From positions 18,850,001-18,914,000 of the forward strand of contig NC_087437.1 in NCBI RefSeq assembly GCF_036321535.1: 64,000 nt of DNA. The letters run 5' to 3'. Position 1 is the first letter of the stretch. Every line of letters begins with the position of its first letter. Shown here piece by piece: positions 51,348 through 64,000 of this stretch. The notes under the pieces are model-generated. The model had not been told where the DNA came from. It ran no database searches and was given only the letters and a program-made list of their open reading frames with translations. The translations under genes and the position numbers were made by a program. Origin of the DNA: Camelus dromedarius (Eukaryota).

Positions 51348-51448
51348 CTTGTTTGTTTGTTTGTTTATTAATGGAGGTACTAGGGATTGAACCCAGGACC
51401 TTGTGCATGCTAAACACATGCTCTACCACTGAGCTATCCCCTACCCCC
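51348..51448 (-). mobile_element. Vic-1-type SINE
   Basis: TAATGGAGGTACTAGGGATTGAACCCAGG...ACCACTGAGCTAT. Confidence 0.85.
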
Positions 51449-52540
51449 TAATCTGCATTTTTAACAAGACCCAAGTGGTTTGCACACATGTTAAAGCTGA
51501 ATAAACATTGGCCTATAACAGTTCCTTAGGATAAGTAGGTCGACCATGTTGCATTTATTAAGCACCTACTGTGTGGGCAGATTTGAATGAGATAAGGAGC
51601 TAACTTACGTGGAGGATAGGTTCTGCTATAGAAAAGCAAAATGAACTCCGAGTCAGACCTTGTAATGGCAGGTGCCCGGCCTCACCCCTCCCCCCTTCCC
51701 TGGGCCTTCCCAAAGGAGTAGATCTCAGTAGTTAGTTTTGGTGACAAGTGACCCTGTTCCCTTCCTTGGTCAGAGCTATTTGGACCTAGGGTAGCTTGTG
51801 ACCCCAGGGCAGTCACTCCAGATGTTGGCCAGGCCAGCAACTTCTGAGGTGGCTGCCTTGACAGGATGGACAGCCCCAGAGTCACCTCTCTTGAACTGGA
51901 ATTGGGAATTTCCAAGAGAGGATGTTAATTTGCAGTGGGAGTGATGGTCAGAGCAGTCTTGGTGGCCACCAAATCCAGGAGGGAGCCAGTGGTCTGAGGG
52001 GGTGCTTGATAAAGCAGGCACCACAGGGAGGTGCTGGAGAAGCAGGGGGACCCTGGGAGAAACCAGCAGTTGGAGAGAGAGACAGGGCCAGACAGCAGAG
52101 GAACCTCTGACCCCAACAGCAGTCCAGTCTCAAAGTCATACAGTTGAACCCTTTTTCTTCCCCCAAAGTCACTTGACAGTTTACATGTAATGGATTTACT
52201 TACAACTATAGACAGCTTTAAAGACAAATAATGCTATTCCAAGTGGAGGAGGAAATTTTCAAATTGCTTCCACTTTAGCTCACATACATTAATTTTGGGG
52301 TACACTTCCCTTTAAGATAATAGTGTTCTCTGCCTCTCTAACAGCCATTCCCCTTTTTCCCACTTTCCTTCTTCAGAGAATCTACTTTTTTTTCAGGGAT
52401 GCAGGAAACTGAAATACTGTAGAGACCTGGCCCTGCTCCTGGGCAGACCCCAGTGAGTCTGAGCTAGCCATGGTGGTCTCATCTTTTCCCCAGCAAATGG
52501 GAACAAGCATGCAGCTCAGTTCTGGCTCATGAGGAAGTCT

Positions 52541-53018
52541 TGTACTAGGGAAGAACAGATCTGACTCCATACTGGATCTGTTTCTTTTACTTTAACCTTT
52601 GTGTTCTATTGCTTTTGCTACAAGTTAATCACCAAAGGGATGTTGCCTATAAGCTTAAATTATGCATAATGGCCCATTTCTGGGAACTCTGCCTCCCACA
52701 TAATGAGTATTTAGCTTAAATACCTTGGTATAGCTCACAGGAAACCTCCTGCCCAGGCCCACCTGTGAATGACAGCAGAAGGAAGAAATTAACACATCCT
52801 CTCAGGAGGCTGACCTGAACCAAGAAATGTTTGACTTTGCTCCCCTGTGAGTAAAAAAGCAGCATGAATTCTAATTCGGGCAAGATGGTTCATTGGGACA
52901 GTAGTCCACCATCCTCTTGGTCTGCTGGCTTTCTGAATAAAGTTGCTATTCCTTGCCCCAACAGCTCATCCACTGGTCTGTCACAGGGTGAGCAAGTATG
53001 AGCTTGGACTTGGTAACA
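52541..53018 (+). mobile_element. ERV1-class solo LTR
   Basis: TG...CA termini; 4-bp TSD GTCT at 52537-52540 and 53019-53022; GAATAAAG near the 3' end. Confidence 0.85.
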
Positions 53019-54496
53019 GTCTGCTGATGGCTTCTGGGAAAGTGGTCCAGATTCCTACGAAAGAGCTTGGAGGAAATGATTATTTTTCCTATCAGACATC
53101 TTAAAATCTGACTGCCTGGACCTGCTACAGTCCACAGAGGTGAAAGATGACAAGTAGCAGGGCTCATGCCCAAGTCTTTGAGTGACTGTACCTAGAGGCA
53201 GGAGCCCCTAATCTCTAAGTCTTCTCTTTTGTGAGATAATAAGCTCATTGTTAAAATTCTTTTTTTAAAATCCAAATGTACTATAATTGATTCAAAGATA
53301 CAGCAGGTTATTAATCACAACTAGATTAATATAATCCTGAACAGTAAAGATTTTAGAAGTTATCTATCAGTGTACTTCTACTCTAAGTTCAAGGGCATGA
53401 GTATGAAGTCAGCTTCTGTTTTAGGGCTGCTATTTACAAGCTGGGTGACCCTGCATCAATTATTTAATCTTGCTCAGCCTTGCTTTCTCCATATAGTAAA
53501 AGGAAATAAAATCTAGCCTGTGGGAATTCAGTGAGGTAAGGTTGTATTATGTTTGCCACAGATTAGGTACCCAATAAAAACTAGCTATTATGGTTATTAT
53601 CGAGATGAAAAGTGTATGGTCTTTGCTTCAATAATATTACAGTCAAACAGTATGGAAAAGACAAACAGCCATTAAATACAAAGCAAGACCTGACAGATGA
53701 GTGGGGGTGAAGTCGTGGGGGTATGGGGACACGTGCTATAGGAATTCAGAGGTGAGAAGAGCTTGATGAACAGAAGGGGAGTTGGGATTATGGTTGATTT
53801 TCATAATGTTCTGAATTTTTCAAATTCCCTGCAAAGAATATCTATTGCCTATCTTGTAAAAGTTACTAAAATACAGTATACACTCCTCAACAAATCTTTT
53901 CTTTCTTTCTTTCTTTTTTTCTTTCTTCTTTTTTTTTTTTAACCATTTTATTCATTTATTAATTTCCTTCCATTCCTTCAGGCAGTAAGTATTAGGCTCA
54001 GGCTTCTCAACCTTTTATGAGGTCAAGAAATTCCCTGGGAATCAGGTGAAGGCTACTGACATCTTCTCTCATGAAAGCACCACTTATATACACAAAAGGC
54101 TTGCATACAATTTGAGGGGCTTCATCAAAGAAGAGACCTTTAAGTTTCTTTTTTTAACCAGGAAAGACTCATTTATTTATTCATTTTGAAAATATTAAGT
54201 TATTTTTTAATAGACTTTATTCTTTAAGAGCTGTTTCAGGTTCACAACAGAATTGAGCAGAAAATACAGAGTTCCCACATAGCTCTCCCCACCCACACAT
54301 ATATACTCCCCTACCCTCAGCATCCTTCATCAGTGTGGCATATTTTTTTTGTTTTCTTTTTATAACAGTGAAAAACGTAAGACGATCCTGAATGGTGGAA
54401 TAAAATAAATTAGGCCAAATCCATATAGCTGAATTTCATGTACTAGTTAAATAGTTGTGAACTGTGTAGCAACATGGAAAAATGAAAATAATTGCT

Positions 54497-54608
54497 TGGG
54501 TTCAATCACCAGTACCTCCTCTAAAAATAAGTAAACCCAATTACCTCCCCCACTCCTGCCAAAATGAAATCATTAAATAATACAATGATAAATAAAAATA
54601 TTAAAAAA
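54497..54608 (+). mobile_element. Vic-1-type SINE, 5'-truncated
   Basis: Starts at the B box TGGGTTCAATC; AATTACCTCCCCC tail. Confidence 0.8.
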
Positions 54609-55239
54609 ATTGCTTTGTTAGTGGTCAGATTTTGGATGATTATTGGCTTTCCATCCTATTTTTAAGTTGTGATGATTAGAATATTGTTTGTGCAATATAA
54701 AAAAATGAATGAAATAAAAATTTGTGTGATGTTCGGTAGGAACATGAAAGCTGTTTGTCACACTTTGCTCTGGTGGTTGTAGGTAGGGGTGTCCTGCTGT
54801 TTTGCCAAGCCATGGCAGGTCCCCAGCACAGATCTTCTGCCACCCTGGGGAAGCCAGGATGGGCAGGTAAACTTGATTTGGCCAGGGCTGTGGTCTGCAT
54901 TTAGTGCCCCCGTTATCTGCAGGGGGACTGAGTGAGGTTTTTGGTTTTGAATCTTCTCTTCACTGATGTTTTTATACGGTTTGTAAAATGGATACCCAGG
55001 TAGGAGAAAACCAGGGCTACCCGGTTTCTTTGAACAGCTGTGAAGGCCCCGGGCCCAGGTGCTGTGTAAACAGGTAAACAGGAAACATTTTCCTCTCCTC
55101 TGGGGAATCCTGTGACGCTTTTCTCCTAGGGGCCGCTTTTGGTAGGCCCAGGTCCTAAATCTGAGAGCCCTTTGAACTTACTGCCACTGAAGAGATGGGG
55201 GCCTATAAGTGCCCTTCGTGGGGGAGGGCAATACCTGAC

Positions 55240-55840
55240 CCCAAGGGGCTCCCTAACGGTGTAGTGGCAGGCACGGGACAGCCAAGCAACGGAGGCCAGC
55301 TCTTGGGACGGCCAGGGCCGGCTCCAGCCGCCGGGTCCCGCTTCTCTCTGGGGCCATTTGTCAAGGCCGGGGGAGCTGGGGTCTGGATGTCGCGGGGCAG
55401 AGGCGGGTCAGCTGCGTCCGGTCGGCGGAACGGGCTCCGCGCGGAGCCGGCCTCGTAATGGGGACCATTCCCGCCCTAATGGGAAGCAGCCGCCGCGCCC
55501 TGGCCCGAGAGCCGCCGAGATAAAACGGAAGCGCCGCGAGAGGCACTTTGATTCCAATACGAAACAAATTATTCCTCCCGGAATGGAACAAAACAAGTCA
55601 GGGTGGAGTCTCACGGCCGTCATTCCTGCCCGCGACCCTGGGGCCTGCCGACCCCGCGAAGCTTGGCGGGGACCGTGCACTGGGGGGGCTGCTCGCCCGC
55701 TGCTCCGCGGCGGGGCGGGTGGAGTCTCTGGCCCTCCAGGGTCCGAATCCTTTACGACATTTAGGCACCCCACTTCTGGGCTGCCTCCTGGTTGAGCCGA
55801 AATCACTCCCAGGCCGGTGGTCCTCAAACTCGGGCTAGGG
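55240..55840. promoter_or_regulatory. CpG island
   Basis: Dense CpG; CGGAAG and GGGGCGGG motifs; no credible coding frame. Confidence 0.75.
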
Positions 55841-56000
55841 AGGCTCTGAATGTCCTGGAGGTCTTGTTAAAGCACACATTGCTGAGCCCCACCCCCAGAA
55901 CTGCGGATTCTGTAGGAGGGGTAGGGTGGAGACTGAGAATTTGCACTTCCCAGGTAATGCTGGTACTGCCGGTCCAGGGACATCACACTGAGAACCACCT
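55815..56000. mobile_element. MER5A-like DNA transposon fossil (similar relics near 56745-56910 and 58840-59030)
   Basis: CTTGTTAAAGCACACATTGCTGAGCCCCACCCCCAGA...GAGAATTTGCA...TGAGAACCAC. Confidence 0.7.
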
Positions 56001-56286
56001 GACAAATATGGAGGCAGGAGCTTGGCCTTCTTGCCCTGGAATTCAGATGGCTGAGTCCCAGAGAAGTCTACAGAGGGTAAACTATTCAGTTTAACTGCTC
56101 AAAGGACCCACCTACTGAGGAATGTCCCTTGCTTCACTGCTCCCTTTGGAGCCTGTTTTTGATCCATCACCTCTGTCCAAAAGTGAACAAACCAAGTCCC
56201 ACTCCAAAGTTCACAGATTGGAAGTCTGTGCAGCCTGTGCAGGTAAGCGGGCAGCTGTCAACAACCTTTGGAAAAAAACGGTAACA

Positions 56287-56423
56287 GGGGGAGATTATAG
56301 CTCAAGTGGTAGAGTGCATTCTTAGCATGCATGAGGTCTTGGGTTCAATCCCTAGAACCTCCTCTAAAATAAATACATAAATAAACCTAATTACCACCTC
56401 CCCCCCGGAAAATAAAATAAAAA
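56287..56423 (+). mobile_element. Vic-1-type SINE (last copy in the window)
   Basis: TATAGCTCAAGTGGTAGAG...GGGTTCAATCCC...AAACCTAATTACC. Confidence 0.88.
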
Positions 56424-59400
56424 TTTGAAACAAAAACTTGTGTCACAGCTCTAGGACTCCAGGCATCTCATCTGAGTGATGCTTCTATTCCAGCTTCCCT
56501 GCCTCTAGAGAGGACTCTGGCTGTGTGTCACCCTGTCTGGGCCAGAAGTTCCTGGCAGGGAATGTGTGTGTGGGCCCGGGGGAGGGATATGGGGGAGGAC
56601 AGGGCAGTAATTCTTTCTGGGGTGATATCTCTGAGGTCCTGCCTGGCTTCATGGAATCCATTTAGGGATTGAAGAACCTGGAAGAGTTAGACTTACCAAG
56701 TCTGGAAAGAATGTGTCCTCTCCCTGCATTCCCTAGAGTAGACCACTGGTTCTGCAACTTGAGTGTGCACCAGAGTCACCTGGAGGACTTGGAGGGCTGT
56801 CCCAACCCCCAGGGGTTGCTGATTCAGTGGGTTTGAGTAATTTGAGAATTTGCATTTCAATAAGGTCCCAGTGAGACTGATGATCTGGGTTCCACACTTT
56901 GGAAACCACTACCCTAGGCTTTATTTGTCATCTCCAAGCCCTTCCTGTAACCTCAAAGGGGTCATGGTATGTGTGCCCAGCTCCACCTTCTGTATATCCT
57001 CCATCAGTCACTGGCCTTTTGTTGACTGCCTTTCCAGCTTTCAGAGGCAGTTTGGTCTTGCTGTCTTTGCTGTCTGGTTCTGGGGGCAGGGGACAGCTTT
57101 CAGAGGGGTTTAGGCATGGGAAGAGCAGCTTCCTCCATTCCTGCACACAACTCAGCATGACAGCTTCCTTCTTCCTGACGTCCCTCACCCTCTAGGTGTG
57201 TCTGAGTCCTAGCCCTGGGCCAGACTGGAAAGCGCCTGAAGAAGGGACCCCTTTAATGTGCTCCTTACGATCCGTGCAAGGCCAGGCCGAGAGGGGTCAC
57301 TGTTGCACTTCTGCCAGTGACAGGCTGTCCTTGGAGTGATACTTCCTTTTTTTCCCCTGCTTTGCACATCATAGCTATTTATAAAATATTTGTTGATTGG
57401 CTGATTAATTGCCTGAAGAAGCGTACCAGGAGGGGAAACAAAAGAAAATAATGATGCTTCTCAAGCCTGCCATGGACTAGGACAAGGCTTTGATCAGTGT
57501 TTGCCAGCTTGGCTAAGGAGATAAATTCTCTCCTTTTTTGTTTCCTGGGTCAGAGGCTGCTGGGTGGAAACCCTGAAGCACTGGTCTGGGATGGGAGCCA
57601 GCGAAGGTCAGTCAGCTTCAGTGTTGGGAGCTCTGAGTCTGCGCAGCAAGCTGGCGACTTTGGGAAAGATGGGGCAGTTGGTCTACTGGGGGGCTGGGGT
57701 CAACAAAAACCGTGGAGAGGCATCCTTTGTTTTTAGGACCTCAGGATCTCCAGAAAAGGCAAGTTTCTTTAAGGATGTAACTGAACATTTACACCAAGAG
57801 GTTTAGAAAATGTCGAATGTGAATAATCATGGCATTTAACATTGGGATTAGGATGTCAGTCTCCAATTTAGATGAAAATAAACCATGTGCAACCCATTAG
57901 GTTTTCATACTTTTCCTCTTAATTGGTTGTACTTTGAGACTGTGTATTTAGGAAATGGCTAAATTGGCTCTCAGTTCCCTATTTAGTTATTGCTATTGTA
58001 TGTTGGAATCATCAGGGTTGTTTGAAAAATCCTGATGCCCTTGTTACACCTCATATATGGAACCCAGGCACAGTATTTTTTAAGGCTTCCCAGGTGGTTT
58101 TTGGAGCTCAGCTAGCATCCAGAACCTCTGAGCTACTGATTGAGTAGTTGGAGAGGCCAAACTTTAGCAAATCAGACTTTGGGCAGGGGAAGGTGTCTGT
58201 TTAGTCTTCAGTGAGTGCCGTGACTGTTCTCTCCCCACAGGAAGGAACCAGCAGAAACTACTAGAAGACCCTCCCCCTCACCAGCAGCTCTGGTCGACAG
58301 GACCTGATCCAGGTGGGCCAGTTTCTCTCTCACAGGAAACGGAATTGGGACTCAGAGATTTTAGCTATAACTGGGCTCCTCCCTTGAGCAGAGCAGAGGA
58401 GAAGCCTGACCAGAGCAGCAGGAAAAGTTGGTCTGCAGAGGGAAGCCACCTGGGTTCCTGCCATCACCTCAACCCTTGTCCCAGCCCTTCAGGGAGTCTG
58501 GCTGCTACCCTGCCAGGGGCTCCAGAGGTCACCTGTGAATCCTCATAACAATCTCCCCCTACCCCTGCTGTTTGGTTTAAGCCAGCTCTGGTGGGTTTAT
58601 GTTACTTGTGACCAAAGAGGCCTGACACACGCACAGACAACAGTACAAGAAAAATCACACAAAACAAACATGTCTTCACCTCCCCCCCCACACACATACA
58701 CACATACACTCACACACACATCCGGTGTTTGAATCAGGCTCTTTGTAACTCCATGTGGTCCCAATGGAAGATTCTTTGGAATCTGTATTTTCCGGAGTCC
58801 ACTCAGAGAAACCTCAGCTTTCAATTCAATTGGGAACAGCAGTGGTTCCCTAACATGGCTCTGTGGGTTTCATCAGAATCACCTGGAGGAACTGACGTAC
58901 AGATACACATCATAGGTTGCCAAGCACCAGCCCCAGAGAGGCAAAAGCTATTCGGTTTGAAGAGGATCTTGAAATCTGTCCTTTAAAATTTTTCTCCATG
59001 AGATTTTGATGTGCAGTTGAGTCTACTGGGATCAGGCTGGCTGAATGAATGTAATTTATGAAATTCCCCTTTAGCCTCTTTTCTGGATGAAGGTGGCGTC
59101 CCCCCATCAAGTCTGGGAGATGGATTTTGAAGGCATTTTGTTAGGGTGTTGGATAGGAGCCTAGTCTGTGGACATATAAAATAGAGCCCAGCCAATTTCG
59201 GGCTTGTTGAGCACATTTTAAGCAAGCCATCAGATCAAAGGGACCTTTCCAAGTTGGCTTCTTGAGCTGGTCAAATGAACTAAATAATTTACTCTGCCTT
59301 TTTAGCTCTGTAGACACAACTCCCCCCCCCCCCCCCGCGGATGTGTTTGTATGTGTGTGTGAGTAAGGTAGCAAATGTACTTTTTATTTTAGAAACAAAA

Positions 59401-60749
59401 ATATCATTTCTGACCCAACAATAGCCGGATCCCTGTGAATGAAGGGTTTGCATATTTTCCTGTTTTAACGGTTCTAGTATAAACAGCCCAAGCCCAGGCC
59501 TGATTGTCAGTAGGTCCTGAGCAGCCCAACCAGAGTGCTGGAAATGACTCCTTCAGCCCTGAGAACCTGGACCCGGCTTAGTGCCAGAATTCAGGCTTGT
59601 GTTTAACAGTAGCAGTGGGGTCAGGAGTTGAGGGCGAGGGCAACTGCAGTGATCCCCAAGACCAAAGCTAATGCCAGAAGCAAAAGCAGCGGCAGCTTCA
59701 GAGGCCATAGGAGCAGCAGCTACCATGTATTGAGGATTTCTTTGTTCAGGCACCAGGCTAAGTGTTGTAATCATTTATTTGAATACTTAAAAAAGCTCAG
59801 TGTTGTAGCACTATTATTTCAATTTTTAGAATGAGGTTCAGAGAGGTTGACTGGCTTCTCTGATGTCACACAGCTTCTAAGTGAAGAGCCAGGATCCAAA
59901 TAAATGCATGTTTGATTCCTATTACAAGATACTGCACACAGAAACTCAGGTCACAGATACTAGCTTGAGTGCCGGCTAGGGATACAGGGCTTTGGTCCTA
60001 GAGGCAGGCCAGGGCATCTCTTCACACATATCACTGACCCCTGCTTTCTTTCAGGACATTTCTTCCAGCACCCCAGCTCCACTGGTCTCTAGCAAAGAGA
60101 AATAGCTCTCAGCAGGGTCTAGAAGACCCTTTCCCATTTCAAAGCAATCCTAAATTTCTGAGTGGATCTTTTGTACCCTGAGAGGGGGACCACAACACTC
60201 CTTTTTGGGCTAGAAAAGGATGTATTGATCAACTACTGATTATATATTTAGTGACCAAGAGAGTGTTTCCTAGACCTGAAACAAAGTGGATTAGTGCTGT
60301 TACATTAAAAAAAAGGCTCACCTGTATGATGGATTATTAAGCATTCATTGAAAACCACTTTTCAAAGAATAAGATATGGAGAAACCCTTATGGTGAAAGG
60401 TTAAAAGAAGCAGGATACAAAGTTGAAAATTCTGTATAAAATATATTCTTTTAACTATGGAAATTAGACATTAAAATATATAAATAAAAGATCGGAGTAA
60501 AGTCGCCAAAATTTTAACTGTGGTTGCCTCATGGAGGGGTGGGATTACCTGTAATTTTCATTTACTTTGTGCATCTTAATGTTCTATTTCCCCAATTTTC
60601 TTCAACTTGAAATAATTTTCAGAAGTGAGTAGTTGGAGGCTAGAGAGGTACAGTAAATGGGAGGAAAAGTGAAAACGTGCAGTCCTAATATCTAGCACTG
60701 AAAGTGCACAGGTGTGATTACTGAATAATTTTTATCCCATCTTAGATTT

Positions 60750-63700
60750 CAACAGGCGGAAGTGTCTTACCATCGCACTGCCTAAGGCTTATTTTAAGAG
60801 TGACGACGGAGACGTCTTGAGCCAGTTCCGTGACCACTAGGCAGACTTTGAGAGGCCGTGTGCTGTGCGAATTGGGAACCCGCCGTTTCCGATCCTTGAG
60901 GCGCTCTTAATCTGGTTGAGGAGACAAGTGACTGCAAGAAGTAGAGGCAGCCAAGCGCCCAGGCGACTATCAGGTGGAGCTGGAAGTCAGTCGGAGTGGG
61001 AGGGCAGAGTTTTCTGGACCTTGACCCAGGAGTGCCAATCAATGCTATGGTCCGAGAATAAAGGGGCGTGAGCCCAACCTGGGGCTCTCCCCGGGGTTCC
61101 CAGAGTCCGCCGATCGCCTGAGGGAAGCGCCATGTGAGCGCCTGCGGGTTGCGGCTCCCCGCGCCCAGCGCCGCCCCCACTGAGGGCCAGGGAGTACCGG
61201 GATCCTGGTGCAAGCCCCAGAGCAGCCCGACTGCCGGCGCAGAGCTTCAGCTTTCTGAGTAGTACCCGAGTAGTCTCCGGTGCGGGCAGGGAGCAGCGGC
61301 CAGAAAGGGTATACACAGAGGTTGAAGGTGCGGCGGCCACTCCCGAGATCCAGCGAGAGTAGGGTTATCCACTCTGCGCTGTGGGGTCGCCTTACCTTGC
61401 GCGAGCTGCTCTCGTGGGCTCAGCTCCCGGTGCGCTGAGGGAGGCGGCGATGTTAAAGCTTAGTGCCAGCAGAGGGCAGCCTCGAGGCTGTGAGGACACA
61501 TGGCGACCTCGCCACGCCGCGGGCTCCTTTCCAGTGCCCTGGCTCTGCGGGGTGGGGGCGGCCTTGGAGTTCGGAGACCAGCGACCTTAGTCTGCCGGAG
61601 CCGGGCGCCGAGGCCCAAGGGCATCCGGGGAGATGTGGTCAAGCTACAGCCCTCGGGCAACCTCAGTGTCAAGAGTGTGAAGGCTTGGGGCCGAGGAGGG
61701 TCGGGGGCGAGATGGGGGGACACCAAATGTCCCACCCAGAAGAAGCAGCAAGAAGCAAAACCCAACATACACAAGGTGTATATATATAATTTAAATCTGT
61801 AAAATATTTTTTTTACAGAATTCCAAGAGTGCAAGAACCTTTATAATGATGTTGGTGAGGGCCAGAATAGTCTTCGCGTCCTTCATGAGCGAAGTCAGAG
61901 GCCAAGAGCCGGATGGCTCCAAGCCGCCCTCAGGAGTGGCGCAAACAGGGACCTGGTGATCCCGGCTGGGAGCAGAGGAATAGCCGGCTAGGGATCCAGC
62001 TAATTGGGGACTCCAGCCCCGATCCCGGTCCCTTCCTGGCTGTTGAATTGGGGGCAACTTACTGTACCTCTCTAGCCTCCGACTAATCACTTTTGTAAAT
62101 TAGGGCACGGTGGGCTCCGAGTCCTGTAGGGTCATTAGAGGCAGCATAATCCGTTCGTCACTGCTCCTGCTCTGGCACAACATAGCACTCCTGAGCTTGC
62201 GGTTGGAGTGAAAATATCGCGCATTTGCCTGTAGTGGCTGCCTTGGGGATGCAGGCTCGGTCCAGGGTTTGGACCTACCCGCGCGTGGGCGGCAGTTCCG
62301 TGGAATCTTCTGCCCCTCTTTCGTGGCACTCGGGCGAGCCCCGAGCTCCTCCTGCCCTGGGCACCCGGGTCACCGAGCTCCGGCAGAGCGCACTTATCAG
62401 CGAACGAATTGAGAGCAGACACCCGGCGCGGTGGGTTTCCCGCGAAGTCTGGCGAAGGACCAAGGCCCGTCGGGTCTAGGGGTCGCTTGGGCCGCTAAAC
62501 CAGTCAACCTCAGAGCAGCTCTAGCAAGCACATTGCATTCCACAGCCGGCGACGTCTTTGGCTGGCCCTGGTCTATCACAGTCTGTGTGCAAACGGGCAT
62601 CGATTAACTTCTCTTGGCTTGTTTGCCCGTTTAAAATTCGAAAGGACAGCATTCCCCAGGGTAGTTGTAAAAATTGTGATTGAAAACTGTAAAGGTTCTG
62701 TGTAAATATGAGGCATAATTACTACTTTCGAGCAGTCAGCTCCATCAGCATTTGGGCTGCGCGCAAACAGGACAGATCCAAGAACACTGGACAAACGTGT
62801 GCACGGGTCTGTCACACGTGTGTAAAGGTGTCTGTGTGTCTCTTTAGAGGCATAACAAATGCACACACGTGTGCGTGTACATATAGACAGATCCAGGATA
62901 CCTTCGTGCATATGTGTCTATGCATACTGTGTTCGCCAACGCGATTGTTTGTGCCTGGAGGCAGGGTATGCACACTGCTCAGCTGAATCGTTTCACTTGA
63001 ACTGGGTCAGTGCCACCTAGGGAAGTAGGGTCTCAGGTGCTGCTCCAGGATGCGGGAAAGCCCGGATCCGGTTAGCGACTCGGCGCTGGCAGGCTCCTTT
63101 ATCTTTCATCTGACGTTCATCTGACGGCTCGTGGGCAGCTCCAGTTTCAGTGGGGACCAAGATCCGCGACTCCGCAGATGAGGGCAAGGGGCAAGAAAAG
63201 GAAGAGGTGGAGAGAGCTCCCGGCACGCGAAGCTTCAGGGCCTCACTTCCCCTGTCTGTCGCCTTTTCTTTTCCTCCCCAGGTCGCGTCCTCTAAAAGAG
63301 GGACCCTGATCTTCCATTCGGCTCAGAGGAGGCGGCCCGGGCCCCTACCCCCATAAGCCATCAAGAAGGGGGGCGAACTGAGGATTCGCCCTCAGCTTAG
63401 GAAAAATACACGTCTGCAGCTCTGGCTGGGGGCCCCAGGGTACAACCTGGCGAGAGGCGCGCAGCGTGGCTGCTGGAGATCCCTCCGTCTCCGCCCGCGC
63501 CGGCCGCCGGGCTCGTCTTCCCCTTCTTTCTTCGGAAGAATTCTGAGCTGCGCAGCACTCGCGTCACCTGCGTGTGTCTGCGGCGAACGGATCGCAAGCG
63601 TACCCTGGAAAGCCCAAGGCCGTTGTCATGCGAAAGCAACGTCGCGGATGCTTGAGCCCCGTGGCGACTTGGGTTTCTAAATCACAGAAAGCGGTAGGGT

Positions 63701-64000
63701 AGGGTCACAAACGGCCTCCCTCCATCTCCGCAGACTCGTTCGACCGAAAGCAGGGCGTTACGCAGAAAATTTGAGGCCAAGAGCTGGAGGAGTCTCGGAG
63801 CCGCAAGAAGGCGCAGAGGCACGGCGGTGACAGACAAGGCACGGGTTCGGATCCTCTTGGCCAACCGAGCCCAGCAGCCGCGAACACCAGAGACGCAGCA
63901 AAAGTTGCTCACGTTTCCACTCTTGGGGGCCAAGTCAGGCGAGGTCCGTCTGTGGGGCATGGCCCCTCACCCCTCCTAGAGCCCTTAAGTAAGAAAACGT
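60750..64000. promoter_or_regulatory. Extended, repeat-free CpG-rich domain running off the window end
   Basis: More than 3 kb of CpG-retaining sequence; ETS motif GCGGAAGTG at 60756-60764; no recognisable ORF. Confidence 0.75.
61466..61479 (+). promoter_or_regulatory. CTCF motif
   Basis: CCAGCAGAGGGCAG. Confidence 0.65.

Noticed and set aside
1..64000. Prokaryote-style systems (operons, CRISPR arrays, defence islands)
   Set aside because: The sequence is mammalian; the recurring motifs are dispersed SINEs and LINEs, not regularly spaced repeats
60750..64000. Naming the neighbouring gene or locus
   Set aside because: No coding sequence is visible that would identify it

Overview
This is mammalian genomic DNA, not prokaryotic. 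It is very probably camelid (camel, alpaca or vicuna), because it carries about 25 copies of the tRNA-derived Vic-1-type SINE and I saw no Alu, Bov-A/BovB or PRE-1. I could not support any intact protein-coding gene. The ORF track is almost entirely spurious or repeat-derived; the exceptions are L1 ORF2 relics and an ERV-L dUTPase relic. The window is dominated by SINEs, short L1 3' ends with target-site duplications (TSDs), ERV1/ERVL/MaLR solo LTRs and MER5/MER20 DNA-transposon fossils. There are four CpG-rich islands (about 9.2-9.9, 44.3-45.1, 55.2-55.8 and 60.8-64 kb) and four strong CTCF motifs in a divergent arrangement. Best-supported oddities: a full-length U1 snRNA copy nested in a SINE, an L1 insertion with a 3'-transduced tag, and a template-switch-like hairpin. 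More speculative: two chains of exon-like blocks pointing away from the 9.5 kb island, which may be decayed genes or lncRNAs. Repeat subfamily names are from memory of consensus sequences, not from a search, and many boundaries are approximate.
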